NCBI GenBank assembly: GCA_946486465.1
Contig: CAMLTY010000001.1
Location: 6,679 to 70,678 of the forward strand
DNA length: 64,000 bases
Direction: 5' to 3'
Source of the DNA: an uncultured Mycoplasmatota bacterium
Lineage (GTDB): Bacteria > Bacillota_I > Bacilli_A > RF39 > UBA660
Within the stretch, counting starts at the first letter, position 1. Every line of letters begins with the position of its first letter. A program made the position numbers and the translations under genes. Below are positions 32,929 to 42,511 of the stretch, piece after piece. The notes beneath the pieces were generated by a model that was not told where the DNA came from, searched no databases, and saw only the letters and a program-made list of their open reading frames with translations.

Positions 32929-33073
32929 CACTTCTTTTCTTATGATTTTAAACAAAAGTGTGATGAACAAAGCAAAAATACCTGCAAAAATGTGATAAAA
33001 ATCCTAAAAAACGTTGCAAAAGTGTGATTAAATGCTATAATATAGTATATACTACATATAGGAGGTGTTACAT

Positions 33074-34384
33074 ATGCAACGTTTTATTATGGAAAAATTA
33101 GTTAAATGGAAAAATGATAAGAATAGAAAACCTTTAATATTAAAGGGAGCAAGACAAGTAGGAAAAACCTATATACTAAAAGAATTCGCAAAGAATGAAT
33201 ATCTTGACCTTGCCTATTTTAACTTTGACCATGATGAGTCTTTATCAAGCTTATTTAAAAAAAGTAAAGATCCTAAAAGAATTATAGAACAGTTAATATT
33301 AGTACATGGTAAAAAAATAGTACCAGGAAAAACTCTAATATTTTTCGATGAAATACAGGAATGTAGTGATGCTCTTAATTCCCTTAAATATTTTTATGAA
33401 GAAGCTAATGAATATCATATCGTCTGTGCAGGAAGCCTTCTTGGAATTAGATTATCACATACTTCTTTTCCAGTAGGTAAAGTAGATTTTCTAAATATGT
33501 ATCCTATGACTTTTAGTGAATTTCTTATCGCTGATGGTAAAGCAAATTTAGTAGAATTTATGAAAAGTATTACAAAAGTAGAAAAGATACCTGATGTATT
33601 TAGAATAGAATTAGAAGAAAAACTAAAAACCTATTTTATTATTGGAGGAATGCCAGAAGTAGTAAAATCTTGGACTGAAGAGAAAGATATAGAAAGAGTT
33701 AATTATCTAGAACAAAATATTTTAAACTCTTATGAAACAGACTTTTCTAAACACACAACAAATAATGAAGCCAATAAAATATCTATAATATGGAATAATA
33801 TTCCTAAAGGGCTTGCTAAAGAAAATAAAAAGTTTATATATAAAGCTTTAAAAGAAGGAGCAAGGGCTCGAGAATATGAAGGGGCTCTTAACTGGCTAAA
33901 TGATGCTAATTTAATTACTAAAGTATATAATATTACTAAACCTGATGTACCATTAAAAGCTTATGTAGATTTAGACTCTTTTAAAATATATATGAATGAT
34001 GTAGGACTTTTAAGAAGAATGTCTAATCTAGATAGTAGTATTATTTTAGAAGAAAATAAATTATTCGAAGAATTTAAGGGCTCTTTTTCAGAGAACTATT
34101 GTTTAAATATGTTAACTTGCATAAATGATGAAACACCTTATTACTTTACATTTTTAAGAAATGAAATAGACTTTGTAATTCAATATAAAAACAAAACTAT
34201 TCCTATCGAAGTAAAGTCAAATAGAAACAGAAACCATATAAGTTTAACTAAGTATAACGAAAAATATCATCCTGATATTATGATAAGATTATCACTAGAT
34301 AATCTAGATAAAAGTGGCAATATAATAAATATACCATTATACCTCATCGAATATATAAATAATATAATAGAAAACAATAGTTAG
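33074..34384 (+). CDS. AAA-family ATPase with DUF4143 domain
   Basis: Walker A GARQVGKTY, Walker B LIFFDEIQ; C-terminal DUF4143-like region; ATG 33074 is 6 nt after GGAGGTG. Confidence 0.7.
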   Translation: MQRFIMEKLVKWKNDKNRKPLILKGARQVGKTYILKEFAKNEYLDLAYFNFDHDESLSSLFKKSKDPKRIIEQLILVHGKKIVPGKTLIFFDEIQECSDALNSLKYFYEEANEYHIVCAGSLLGIRLSHTSFPVGKVDFLNMYPMTFSEFLIADGKANLVEFMKSITKVEKIPDVFRIELEEKLKTYFIIGGMPEVVKSWTEEKDIERVNYLEQNILNSYETDFSKHTTNNEANKISIIWNNIPKGLAKENKKFIYKALKEGARAREYEGALNWLNDANLITKVYNITKPDVPLKAYVDLDSFKIYMNDVGLLRRMSNLDSSIILEENKLFEEFKGSFSENYCLNMLTCINDETPYYFTFLRNEIDFVIQYKNKTIPIEVKSNRNRNHISLTKYNEKYHPDIMIRLSLDNLDKSGNIINIPLYLIEYINNIIENNS

Positions 34385-34458
34385 GAAAGCAATCTTTCCT
34401 CTTTTTCTTTTGACAAACACTAGATACATGCATTATTATATATATGAAGGTGATAATA

Positions 34459-35316
34459 GTGTTAGTAAATTTTAATGAAATGTTAAAAGATGCCAAAGAA
34501 AAGAAATATGCTGTGCCACATTTTAATATAAATAATTTAGAGTGGACAAAATATATTTTAGAGAAAATGCAAGAAGAAAATCTTCCCGTAATATTAGGTG
34601 TTAGTGAAGGTGCTAAAAAGTATATGGGAGGTTTTTATGCTGTAAGATGTATGGTAGAAGGATTAATTAAAGATTTAAATATAACTATTCCTGTCTGCCT
34701 ACATCTAGACCATGGAAGTAGTTTTGAAAGTTGTAAAGAAGCAATTGATGCTGGATTTTCTAGTGTTATGATAGATGCTAGTAAATATGACTTAGAAACT
34801 AATAAAAAAATAACTAAAGAAGTAGTAGATTATGCTCATCCTAAAGGAGTATCAGTAGAAGCAGAAGTAGGCCATGTTGGTGGTACTGAAGATAATATTT
34901 ATGGAGATGTCTTTAGAGCAACTCTAGAAGACTGCATCGAACTTGCTAAAACAGGAATAGACTCTATCGCTCCTGCTTTAGGTTCTGTTCATGGACTTTA
35001 TAAAGGAGAACCTAATCTTGACTTTGATAGAATGAAAGAGATAAATGAGGCTTTATCTATTCCATTAGTATTACATGGTGGAACAGGAATTCCTTATGAT
35101 ATGATAAAAAAGGCAATAAGCTGTGGAATTAGTAAAATAAATATAAATACAGAATTACAAGTAACTTGGCATAAAGCTGTAGTAGACTTTATAAAAGAAA
35201 ATCCTAGTGTTTATGACCCAAGAAAAGTTATAGGTAGTGGAGAGATGTCTATGAAAGATAAAATTAATGAGCTTGTAGATGTTTTTAACCCAAATCATAT
35301 TAGTTCCAAAAATTAA
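34459..35316 (+). CDS. fba: Class II fructose-bisphosphate aldolase
   Basis: HLDHG motif; N-terminus [19 protein letters not shown] aligns with Bacillus FbaA; GTG 34459 is 6 nt after GAAGGTGA. Confidence 0.9.
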   Translation: MLVNFNEMLKDAKEKKYAVPHFNINNLEWTKYILEKMQEENLPVILGVSEGAKKYMGGFYAVRCMVEGLIKDLNITIPVCLHLDHGSSFESCKEAIDAGFSSVMIDASKYDLETNKKITKEVVDYAHPKGVSVEAEVGHVGGTEDNIYGDVFRATLEDCIELAKTGIDSIAPALGSVHGLYKGEPNLDFDRMKEINEALSIPLVLHGGTGIPYDMIKKAISCGISKININTELQVTWHKAVVDFIKENPSVYDPRKVIGSGEMSMKDKINELVDVFNPNHISSKN

Positions 35317-35354
35317 ATTAATAATATAATATAGTAGAAAGTGTGTGATTAACT

Positions 35355-36608
35355 ATGAAAATGCTTGAAATAAAAGGAGGCAATCCTCTTTCTGGAACAA
35401 TAAGAATAAGTGGGGCTAAAAATAGTGTAGTAGCATTAATACCAGCAGCAATTTTATCAAGTGAAGAAGTAACTATCTGCAATGTCCCTGATATTACAGA
35501 TACCGCTGCTTTATGTGAGATATTAGAGTTTTTAAATGTTGATGTAAAAAGAGCGACAGAAAGTCTTGTTATTAATCCAAGGGATATGGTAAACAAAGAA
35601 ATACCTAGTATGTATACTAAAAAATTAAGAGCATCATACTACTTTATGGGAGCCATGCTTGGTAAATTTAAAAAAGTAACTATGGCCTTACCTGGAGGCT
35701 GTTCAATAGGAGCAAGACCAATTAATCTTCATCTTAAGGGCTTTGAAGCCTTAGGTGCTAAAGTTACTAATAAAGAAAATATTTATACTGTTGAAGCAAA
35801 AGAGTTAAAGGGTGCTAATATCTATCTAGACTTTGCAAGTGTTGGTGCCACAATTAATATCATGCTAGCAGCTGTCCTAGCTAAAGGAACAACTATTATT
35901 GATAATGCTGCAAAAGAACCAGAAATTGTTAATGTCGCAACGCTTCTTAACAACATGGGTGCTAAAATAAGAGGAGCAGGAACAAGTAGTATTGAGATTA
36001 TTGGTGTTGAAAAGTTAGGAAAATGCTTCCACGAAGTAATTCCTGATAGAATAGAAGCAGGAACATATGTAATCCTTGGCGCTGCCATTGGCAATAATTT
36101 AAAAATATCTAATATCATTCCTGAACATATCGAAGCTTTAACTAGTAAATTAGAAGAAATGGGAGTTTTCTTAGATATTGGAGCCGATTATATAATAGTA
36201 AGTAGTGGTAAAGACTATAAACCAGTAAATGTCAAAACACAAACATATCCAGGCTTTGCCACAGACCTACAACAACCTCTAACACCACTTCTTACTATGT
36301 GTAATGGTAGAAGTAAAATAGAAGAAACAATTTATGAAAATAGATTTATGCATATTCCATATTTAAATCAAATGGGTGCCGATATAAGAGTAAAAAATCA
36401 AACTTCAACTATCATTGGTCCAACCAAATTAACAGGAACAGATGTAGTTGCAACTGACCTTAGAGCAGGAGCATCTTTAGTAATCGCTGGCTTAATGGCA
36501 AGTGGTACTACAAAGATAACTAATGTTGAACACATTTTAAGAGGTTATGAAAATATTGTTGAAAAACTCCTAGGAGTAGGAGCTAATCTTGAATTAAAAG
36601 ACATATAG
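35355..36608 (+). CDS. murA: UDP-N-acetylglucosamine 1-carboxyvinyltransferase
   Basis: 417 aa; catalytic Cys in LPGGCSIGARPI; fba-murA neighbourhood. Confidence 0.95.
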   Translation: MKMLEIKGGNPLSGTIRISGAKNSVVALIPAAILSSEEVTICNVPDITDTAALCEILEFLNVDVKRATESLVINPRDMVNKEIPSMYTKKLRASYYFMGAMLGKFKKVTMALPGGCSIGARPINLHLKGFEALGAKVTNKENIYTVEAKELKGANIYLDFASVGATINIMLAAVLAKGTTIIDNAAKEPEIVNVATLLNNMGAKIRGAGTSSIEIIGVEKLGKCFHEVIPDRIEAGTYVILGAAIGNNLKISNIIPEHIEALTSKLEEMGVFLDIGADYIIVSSGKDYKPVNVKTQTYPGFATDLQQPLTPLLTMCNGRSKIEETIYENRFMHIPYLNQMGADIRVKNQTSTIIGPTKLTGTDVVATDLRAGASLVIAGLMASGTTKITNVEHILRGYENIVEKLLGVGANLELKDI

Positions 36609-36621
36609 AAGCATTAAAAAG

Positions 36622-36666
36622 AGACTAGAGAAATATAATTATAATATATGACTCTAGTCTTTTTTT
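36622..36666 (+). terminator. Terminator after murA
   Basis: AGACTAGAG ... CTCTAGTCT (9-bp stem, long loop) followed by TTTTTT. Confidence 0.55.
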
Positions 36667-36676
36667 GGAGGTAAAA

Positions 36677-37399
36677 ATGAAAAAAATACTTTGTCTTTTA
36701 ATCATCTCTATTTTAGTATATACAATTTATTACTTTAATCATACAGATAAAATAACTTATGTATCAATAGGAGATTCTTTAAGTGTTGGAATAGACTCCA
36801 ATGGTAACACTAACTATGGTTATAGTAACTATCTATCTAATTATCTTAAAGATAAAGACTTACTAAAAAGCTATAATAACTATTTTTCTACAAGTGGCAC
36901 AAGAATAGTAGATTTAGAAAATAAATTAGAAACAAATTGGACTATAAAAAAAGATGGTAAATCTTTATCTTTAAAAAAATGTCTCCGTGAAGCTGATTTA
37001 GTAACCTTATCAGTAGGAATGGATGATATTCTAACAGAATTAACTTTATCCACAGTATCTGTGGAAAATTTATCTAACAAAGAAATAACTACTATAGTAG
37101 ATAAAACTGTTGAAGAGTTAGACGCACTTTTTAAAGAGTTAAGAAAATATGCTAAAGAAGATATAATCTTTATAGGCTATTATAATCCCTTAGAAGAGGA
37201 AAGTTTAACAACAGAAAGACTCTATACTTATTTAATAACCAAAACTAAAGCTCTTTGTAAAACTTATGATATAGAGTACTTAGATATTTATAATCTATTT
37301 AAAAGAAATAAAAACTACATAGATAATCCTACTAACATCTATCCAACAACAGAAGCTTATCAAATGATTGCAACAAAAATAATAGAGAATTATCTATAG
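36677..37399 (+). CDS. SGNH/GDSL-family hydrolase, secreted or lipoprotein
   Basis: Signal peptide MKKILCLLIISILVY; GDS block VSIGDSLSVG; 240 aa. Confidence 0.7.
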   Translation: MKKILCLLIISILVYTIYYFNHTDKITYVSIGDSLSVGIDSNGNTNYGYSNYLSNYLKDKDLLKSYNNYFSTSGTRIVDLENKLETNWTIKKDGKSLSLKKCLREADLVTLSVGMDDILTELTLSTVSVENLSNKEITTIVDKTVEELDALFKELRKYAKEDIIFIGYYNPLEEESLTTERLYTYLITKTKALCKTYDIEYLDIYNLFKRNKNYIDNPTNIYPTTEAYQMIATKIIENYL

Positions 37400-37540
37400 A
37401 TTAAATTCTAGTGAAAACACTCTTGCTAAAAAGATACTTATGCGATAAGATGTATATGTAAAAAGAAATTTACATAAAATAAAAAATGAGGAACATTCGA
37501 TTTTGCAAGTGAATGTAACATCATAATTAATGAATAGTTG

Positions 37541-37575
37541 ACACTCTTATGCAGAGTGTCTAATCTATTTTTAAG
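37541..37575 (+). terminator. Hairpin plus T-tract (plus-strand intrinsic terminator) that overlaps the 3' end of the minus-strand small ORF
   Basis: GACACTCT-tatgc-AGAGTGTC followed by TAATCTATTTTT. Confidence 0.5.
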
Positions 37576-37655
37576 ACTAGTACCAAGAAGGCAAGGCTAA
37601 TCAAAATAGAAGGAATGAGCCTCAGTACTTTTAATATAAAAGTCTTTGTCTTCAT
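37560..37655 (-). CDS. Candidate type I toxin-like small hydrophobic peptide (31 aa: MKTKTFILKVLRLIPSILISLAFLVLVLKID)
   Basis: Near-ideal RBS (aaAGGAGGaaaaggtATG); single predicted TM helix; the 5' UTR contains CCUCCAUUCC that can pair with the SD GGAAAGGAGG; sits in an otherwise empty 530-bp gap. Confidence 0.35.
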   Translation of the reverse strand: MKTKTFILKVLRLIPSILISLAFLVLVLKID

Positions 37656-37848
37656 ACCTTTTCCTCCTTTCCTTAATGGAATGGAGGCGACACTCACATC
37701 AAATGTTCCTAAGTTAATAGTATCATATTGACTTCTAGATAGTAAGATAAAAATGTAATAAATTAGCTGCGAATTTTCGTAAATACTACTTTAGATTTGA
37801 TTTTTAGGTATGAAAATCTGTTAAAAACCTTGTCAAATCTTAAATAAT

Positions 37849-37877
37849 TTGATATATTAAGTAGCGAATTAGTTCCT
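37849..37877 (+). promoter_or_regulatory. Sigma-A-type promoter for rpmE
   Basis: TTGTCA-17 bp-TATATT about 55 nt upstream of the rpmE ATG. Confidence 0.5.
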
Positions 37878-37932
37878 TAAAGGGATAATTTCTATGATAA
37901 ATAAATTATCATGGCGAAAGGAGAGAAGAAAA

Positions 37933-38142
37933 ATGGCAAAAAATAATCCAGCAAACTATAGACCATGTAAAGTAACATGTGCTTGTGGTGCAACATTTGA
38001 AGTAATGTCTAATAAAGATGAAATAAATGTTGAAGTATGTTCAAATTGTCATCCATTCTATACAGGAAAACAAGGAAGAGCATCTAAAGCAGGACAAGTA
38101 GAGAAGTTTAATAAGAAATATGGTTTTAATAAAAAAGATTAG
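37933..38142 (+). CDS. rpmE: 50S ribosomal protein L31 (Zn-ribbon form)
   Basis: CxxC...CxxC (CACG...CSNCHPFYTGKQ); ATG 37933 after aaaggagagaag. Confidence 0.9.
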   Translation: MAKNNPANYRPCKVTCACGATFEVMSNKDEINVEVCSNCHPFYTGKQGRASKAGQVEKFNKKYGFNKKD

Positions 38143-38147
38143 AGAAT

Positions 38148-38170
38148 AAGCAGTGCCTACTGCTTTTTTC
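38148..38170 (+). terminator. Terminator after rpmE
   Basis: AAGCAG-tgccta-CTGCTT followed by TTTTC. Confidence 0.6.
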
Positions 38171-38206
38171 TTTTATTTTATGTTATACTAAAGTAGGGGA
38201 ATAAAG

Positions 38207-38743
38207 ATGTATGATTTTACTTTAAAAGAAATATTATCTCTTAACAATAAAAAAATATATGAGACCTATCATAATGAATTAGAGAATTTAAAAACTAATA
38301 GAATAGCAAGACAAATAACTGAAAAAATGTATGGCGAAAGTATAAATAAAATATACGAAGCCATATTAAAAGAAGAGAGCATAAATACTAGTACAGATAC
38401 TGATTTCTTTATAGGAGATATAGTTTTGCTTCATAAAAGTATTAAAGAATATCATACTAAAGCAGGTATAACTTGTGATTTTTCTGGTAATATGATTAAA
38501 AGAGGAGGACTTTATTTAAATTATCGTCCTATGCTGGAAAATTTAACAACAAAAAAAGTATATGTGCTAAAAAGAAGTGTTAGAGTAGAACCAGCATATT
38601 ATGATTTATTACCAACAAACATTACAGAATTAGAAGAACTAAATTACAAAATGAAATTGCAACTAGAAGATAATTATATAGATTATTCCCATCTTAACCA
38701 AGTAATGGAAGGAACACTAGTATTAAGGAGGTTAAACAAATGA
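38207..38743 (+). CDS. Hypothetical protein
   Basis: 178-aa ORF, translationally coupled to rpiB; no recognised motif. Confidence 0.45.
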   Translation: MYDFTLKEILSLNNKKIYETYHNELENLKTNRIARQITEKMYGESINKIYEAILKEESINTSTDTDFFIGDIVLLHKSIKEYHTKAGITCDFSGNMIKRGGLYLNYRPMLENLTTKKVYVLKRSVRVEPAYYDLLPTNITELEELNYKMKLQLEDNYIDYSHLNQVMEGTLVLRRLNK

Positions 38744-39186
38744 GATTAGGAATAACTAATGACCATAGAGGTTACAAATTAAAAGTAGAACTTTTAGAAA
38801 AATTAAAAAAAGATTACGAAGTAATAGATTATGGTGCTAAAGGAACAGAAAATGTTGATTATCCAGACTATGCTTTTAAATTAGGAGAAGCTCTTGCTAA
38901 TAAAGAAATAGATTTTGGTATTGCTATCTGTGGTAGTGGTATCGGCATATCCATTGCCTGCAACAAAGTAAAAGGAGTACGTGCCGCTAGAGTTGTATCA
39001 CTAGAAGATGTAATAGAAACAAGAGGAGATAATGATGCAAATATCATCTGCTTAAATGAAAATATGTCAGTAGATACAGCATATAACCTAATTATTACCT
39101 TTATAACAACTCCATTTTCAAATCAAGAAAGACATATTAGAAGAATAAATGAAATAAAAGAATACGAGGTAGGAAATGAGCGTTAA
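38740..39186 (+). CDS. rpiB: Ribose-5-phosphate isomerase B (RpiB/LacAB family)
   Basis: 148 aa; CGSGIGISIA active-site region. Confidence 0.85.
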   Translation: MRLGITNDHRGYKLKVELLEKLKKDYEVIDYGAKGTENVDYPDYAFKLGEALANKEIDFGIAICGSGIGISIACNKVKGVRAARVVSLEDVIETRGDNDANIICLNENMSVDTAYNLIITFITTPFSNQERHIRRINEIKEYEVGNER

Positions 39187-39373
39187 ATACTTTTTATATT
39201 TTATCGTAACAATTATTGTTATTTGGAGTTTAGATTCAATTAATATCAATGCTATTTTTAAAAAAAATAAAATTTGGCAAGCAAGAGTATTTTATTTCTT
39301 TTTAGCAATTTCCTTAATCTACCTAGTAACAAACTGTATCTATGACTTATACAAATCTGCTATAATTATTTAA
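39176..39373 (+). CDS. DUF1146 (YwzB-like) small membrane protein
   Basis: 65 aa, two TM segments; pattern similar to Bacillus YwzB. Confidence 0.5.
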   Translation: MSVKYFLYFIVTIIVIWSLDSININAIFKKNKIWQARVFYFFLAISLIYLVTNCIYDLYKSAIII

Positions 39374-39435
39374 AAATTAAAATTTAAAGTATAATTTTTT
39401 CATTTTCGTTAAAACTCTTAATGAGGTGATATTAA

Positions 39436-40148
39436 TGAAAAAATTAAGATTAAAAAAAGGAGCTATTATCGGAGCATACCTAATTGCTTTCTCACTAACA
39501 GGAATGAGTGCTTTCTATGTAAGTCAAAATATGCAAGCGAATAATCCTACTGAAGAAGACCTAGAATATGTTAATTCATCTATAATTGATGATGATGAAA
39601 AGGATAGAGAAGTAATTAAAGAGGACGTTAAAATGGTAAAGCCATATACAGATGAAAATGTCCAAGTTCTTAAATACTTCTATGATTATCAAGCTAATGC
39701 CGACAGCCAAGAAAAATCAATTCTTTATCACGAAAACACTTACATTCAAAACTCTGGTATGGACTTTGGACTAGAAAATACCTTTGATGTAGTATCAGTT
39801 TTAGATGGAACAGTAGTAGATGTCAGAGAAGATGAACTTCTTGGAACAGTTGTAGAAATAAAGCATGATAATGACTTCATTAGTAGTTATCAAAGTCTAA
39901 GTGAAGTATCAGTTAAAAAGAACGATACAGTAAAACAAGGACAAGTAATAGGTAAAAGTGGAACAAATACAATTGATCAAGATTTAGGAAACCATTTACA
40001 TTTTGAACTTTACAAATCAGGTGAAGTAGTAGACCCTAGCAAATACTTTGATCAAGTAATTAGTGATACTACTGAAAAAAGTACTTCTGATAATACCACT
40101 ACTGAAGATACAAGCGATAATAGTAACACTAATGAAGAAACGGAGTAA
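39436..40148 (+). CDS. spoIIQ: Stage II sporulation protein Q (degenerate LytM/M23 domain)
   Basis: N-terminal TM; C-terminal region YQSLSEVSVKKNDTVKQGQVIGKSG...GNHLHFELYKSG aligns with B. subtilis SpoIIQ (YQSLSEVSVEQGDKVKQNQVIGKSG...GNHVHFEIRKDG); the first metal-binding His is replaced (NSGMD), as in B. subtilis. Confidence 0.8.
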
Positions 40149-40162
40149 ATGCCGTTTTTTTC
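40139..40162 (+). terminator. Terminator overlapping the spoIIQ stop codon
   Basis: AACGG-agtaaatg-CCGTT followed by TTTTTTT; then TTTACA-17-TAAAAT promoter for mbl. Confidence 0.6.
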
Positions 40163-40228
40163 TTAGAAAAGTAATTTACAATAGTTTATATTTCTGCTAA
40201 AATATTAACAGTAAAAGGACGTGATAGA

Positions 40229-41224
40229 ATGTTATCAAAAGATATTGGTATAGATTTAGGAACTGCAAATGTATTAATTTATATTAAAGGGCAAGGAATA
40301 GTTTTAAATGAACCTAGTGTAGTCGCTATTGATACTGATAATAAAAAAGTAGTAGCTGTAGGTAAAGAAGCAAGTGAAATGCTAGGTAGAACTCCTGAGA
40401 AAGTAAAAGCTATTAAGCCTATGAAAGATGGTGTAATCGCTGATTTTGAGATTACCGAAATAATGTTAGACTATTTTATTAGAAAAATCCATGCTAGGAA
40501 CTTTTTATCAAGACCTAGAATATTGATATGTTGTCCTACTAATGTAACTCCTGTTGAAAAAAATGCTATTAAAGAAGCAGCTGAGAGAACTGGTGCTAGA
40601 AAAGTATTTTTAGAAGAAGAGCCTAAAGTAGCAGCTATAGGAGCAGGTATGGATATATCTAAGCCTAGTGCTAACATGGTAATAGATATTGGAGGAGGTA
40701 CTACTGATATTGCCATACTTTCATTAAATGATATCGTAAATAGTGCCTCAGTTCGCATAGCAGGTAACGTTTTTGACCAAGATATTGTTAAATACATTAA
40801 AGAAAAATATAAATTATTAATAGGAGAAAAAACAGCAGAAGATATAAAAATAGAATTTGCAAACCTATATGAACCTGATAAAAAGAACAAAATTGAAGTA
40901 AGAGGAAGAGACCTAGTAACAGGTCTACCTAATACCATTGAAATAAATGAACAAGAAACAGAAGAAGCTTTACATGAATCTATTTATAAAATTGTTAAAG
41001 CAGCGACTAATGTCTTAGAGCAAACACCACCAGAGTTATCCGCAGATATTGTGGATAAAGGTATAATATTAACTGGAGGAGGTTCTATGCTTAAAGGACT
41101 TAATGAAGTCTTAAAGAAAGAATTAAAAGTTCCAGTTCTAATTGCAGATAGTCCTCTAACTTGTGTAGTAGAAGGAACAGGAGTGCTTTTAGATAACATT
41201 AGATTATTAGAAGATAACAACTAA
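40229..41224 (+). CDS. mbl: Rod-shape-determining protein MreB/Mbl
   Basis: Actin-fold ATPase motifs DLGTANVLIY, VIDIGGGTTD; follows spoIIQ as mbl does in Bacilli/Clostridia. Confidence 0.9.
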   Translation: MLSKDIGIDLGTANVLIYIKGQGIVLNEPSVVAIDTDNKKVVAVGKEASEMLGRTPEKVKAIKPMKDGVIADFEITEIMLDYFIRKIHARNFLSRPRILICCPTNVTPVEKNAIKEAAERTGARKVFLEEEPKVAAIGAGMDISKPSANMVIDIGGGTTDIAILSLNDIVNSASVRIAGNVFDQDIVKYIKEKYKLLIGEKTAEDIKIEFANLYEPDKKNKIEVRGRDLVTGLPNTIEINEQETEEALHESIYKIVKAATNVLEQTPPELSADIVDKGIILTGGGSMLKGLNEVLKKELKVPVLIADSPLTCVVEGTGVLLDNIRLLEDNN

Positions 41225-41300
41225 AAATATTAAGTTGTTTTTCTTTTATTGTAAAAATCAATTCCACTTGTTATAATTATTTTAGAAAAGAGGAAAAACT

Positions 41301-42425
41301 ATGAATCAACAAATAATAGAGACTCTAAAAATAGTTATAACAACGTTTTTATGCTCTGCTTTAATAATGCCCTTTATGAAAAGAATAGCCAAACATATAG
41401 GAGCAATGGACATACCAAGAAGTGATGAAGGGCATAGACATATTCATACTAAAGCTACCCCTAAATTAGGAGGAGTTGGCATATTTTTAGCCTTCCTAAT
41501 AGGTTATATGTTATTTGGAACAGAAAGCGTTCAGATGAATTCTATCTTAATAGGAAGCTTTATCATAATATTAACTGGTATTGCCGATGATATAAAATCT
41601 ATTCGTGCAAGGACAAAATTAATTGGCCAGATAATAGCAGCCTCTATCCTAGTATTTTATGGAGGATTCCTATTAAATAACATAACGGCCTTTGGTTATA
41701 CTATTAACTTTGGATGGTTCTCCTATCCTTTAACAATTCTCTTTGTAGTAGCATGTGTAAACATAATAAATTTAATTGATGGTTTAGATGGTTTAAGTGG
41801 AGGAATTAGTAGTATCTTCTTCTTAACAATAGGTATTATAGGATTTTTCCAAGGACGTAGTGGTAGTTTAGTTATGATATTAACATTTATAATGCTAGGA
41901 GCAACATTAGGATTTTTACTTCATAACTTCTATCCTGCTAAAATATTCTGTGGTGACTGTGCCATGTACTTAGGCTTTATGATAGCAGTAATTACTCTTT
42001 TAGAGTTTAAAGGACCAGCTTTAACTAGTTTATTTGTTCCCTTAATGATTTTAGGAATACCTATACTAGATACACTATTCGCCATTATTAGAAGACTATT
42101 AAAACATCAAGCACCGTTCTCTCCTGATAAAGAACATATCCATCATCAATTATTAGGAATGAACTTTTCACAAAGAACTACAGTCTTAATTATCTATGGT
42201 TTTAATATCTTATTCGCCTTTGCTTCAATTTTCTATTCCCTAAAAGACCCTTTCATGGGTAAAATATTATATATAATAATATTTATCATCGTTGTATGGT
42301 TCGTTTTAAGAACAACAGTTATCTCTAAAAAGAACAAAGAAGTAACAGATAATATAATCGAAAAAGTAGGCGAAGTTATTAAAAAAGAACCTAAATCTAA
42401 AAAAAATAAAAATAGGGCTAAATAG
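41301..42425 (+). CDS. tagO: Undecaprenyl-phosphate N-acetylglucosaminyl-1-phosphate transferase (TagO/WecA, MraY-like)
   Basis: Polytopic; NLIDGLDGL motif; 374 aa. Confidence 0.8.
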   Translation: MNQQIIETLKIVITTFLCSALIMPFMKRIAKHIGAMDIPRSDEGHRHIHTKATPKLGGVGIFLAFLIGYMLFGTESVQMNSILIGSFIIILTGIADDIKSIRARTKLIGQIIAASILVFYGGFLLNNITAFGYTINFGWFSYPLTILFVVACVNIINLIDGLDGLSGGISSIFFLTIGIIGFFQGRSGSLVMILTFIMLGATLGFLLHNFYPAKIFCGDCAMYLGFMIAVITLLEFKGPALTSLFVPLMILGIPILDTLFAIIRRLLKHQAPFSPDKEHIHHQLLGMNFSQRTTVLIIYGFNILFAFASIFYSLKDPFMGKILYIIIFIIVVWFVLRTTVISKKNKEVTDNIIEKVGEVIKKEPKSKKNKNRAK

Positions 42426-42437
42426 CTACTATTTTTT

Positions 42438-42476
42438 TTTGACAAAATTCCTATAAACTGGAAATATATGGTAAAA
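42438..42476 (+). promoter_or_regulatory. Candidate promoter for the agrA-agrC-like operon
   Basis: TTGACA-17 bp-AAATAT, then TGgTAAAAT; AGGAGGAGG RBS before GTG 42512. Confidence 0.4.
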
Positions 42477-42511
42477 TTTAAAGGTGTGCAGTATAAAAGG
42501 AGGAGGTAGTA

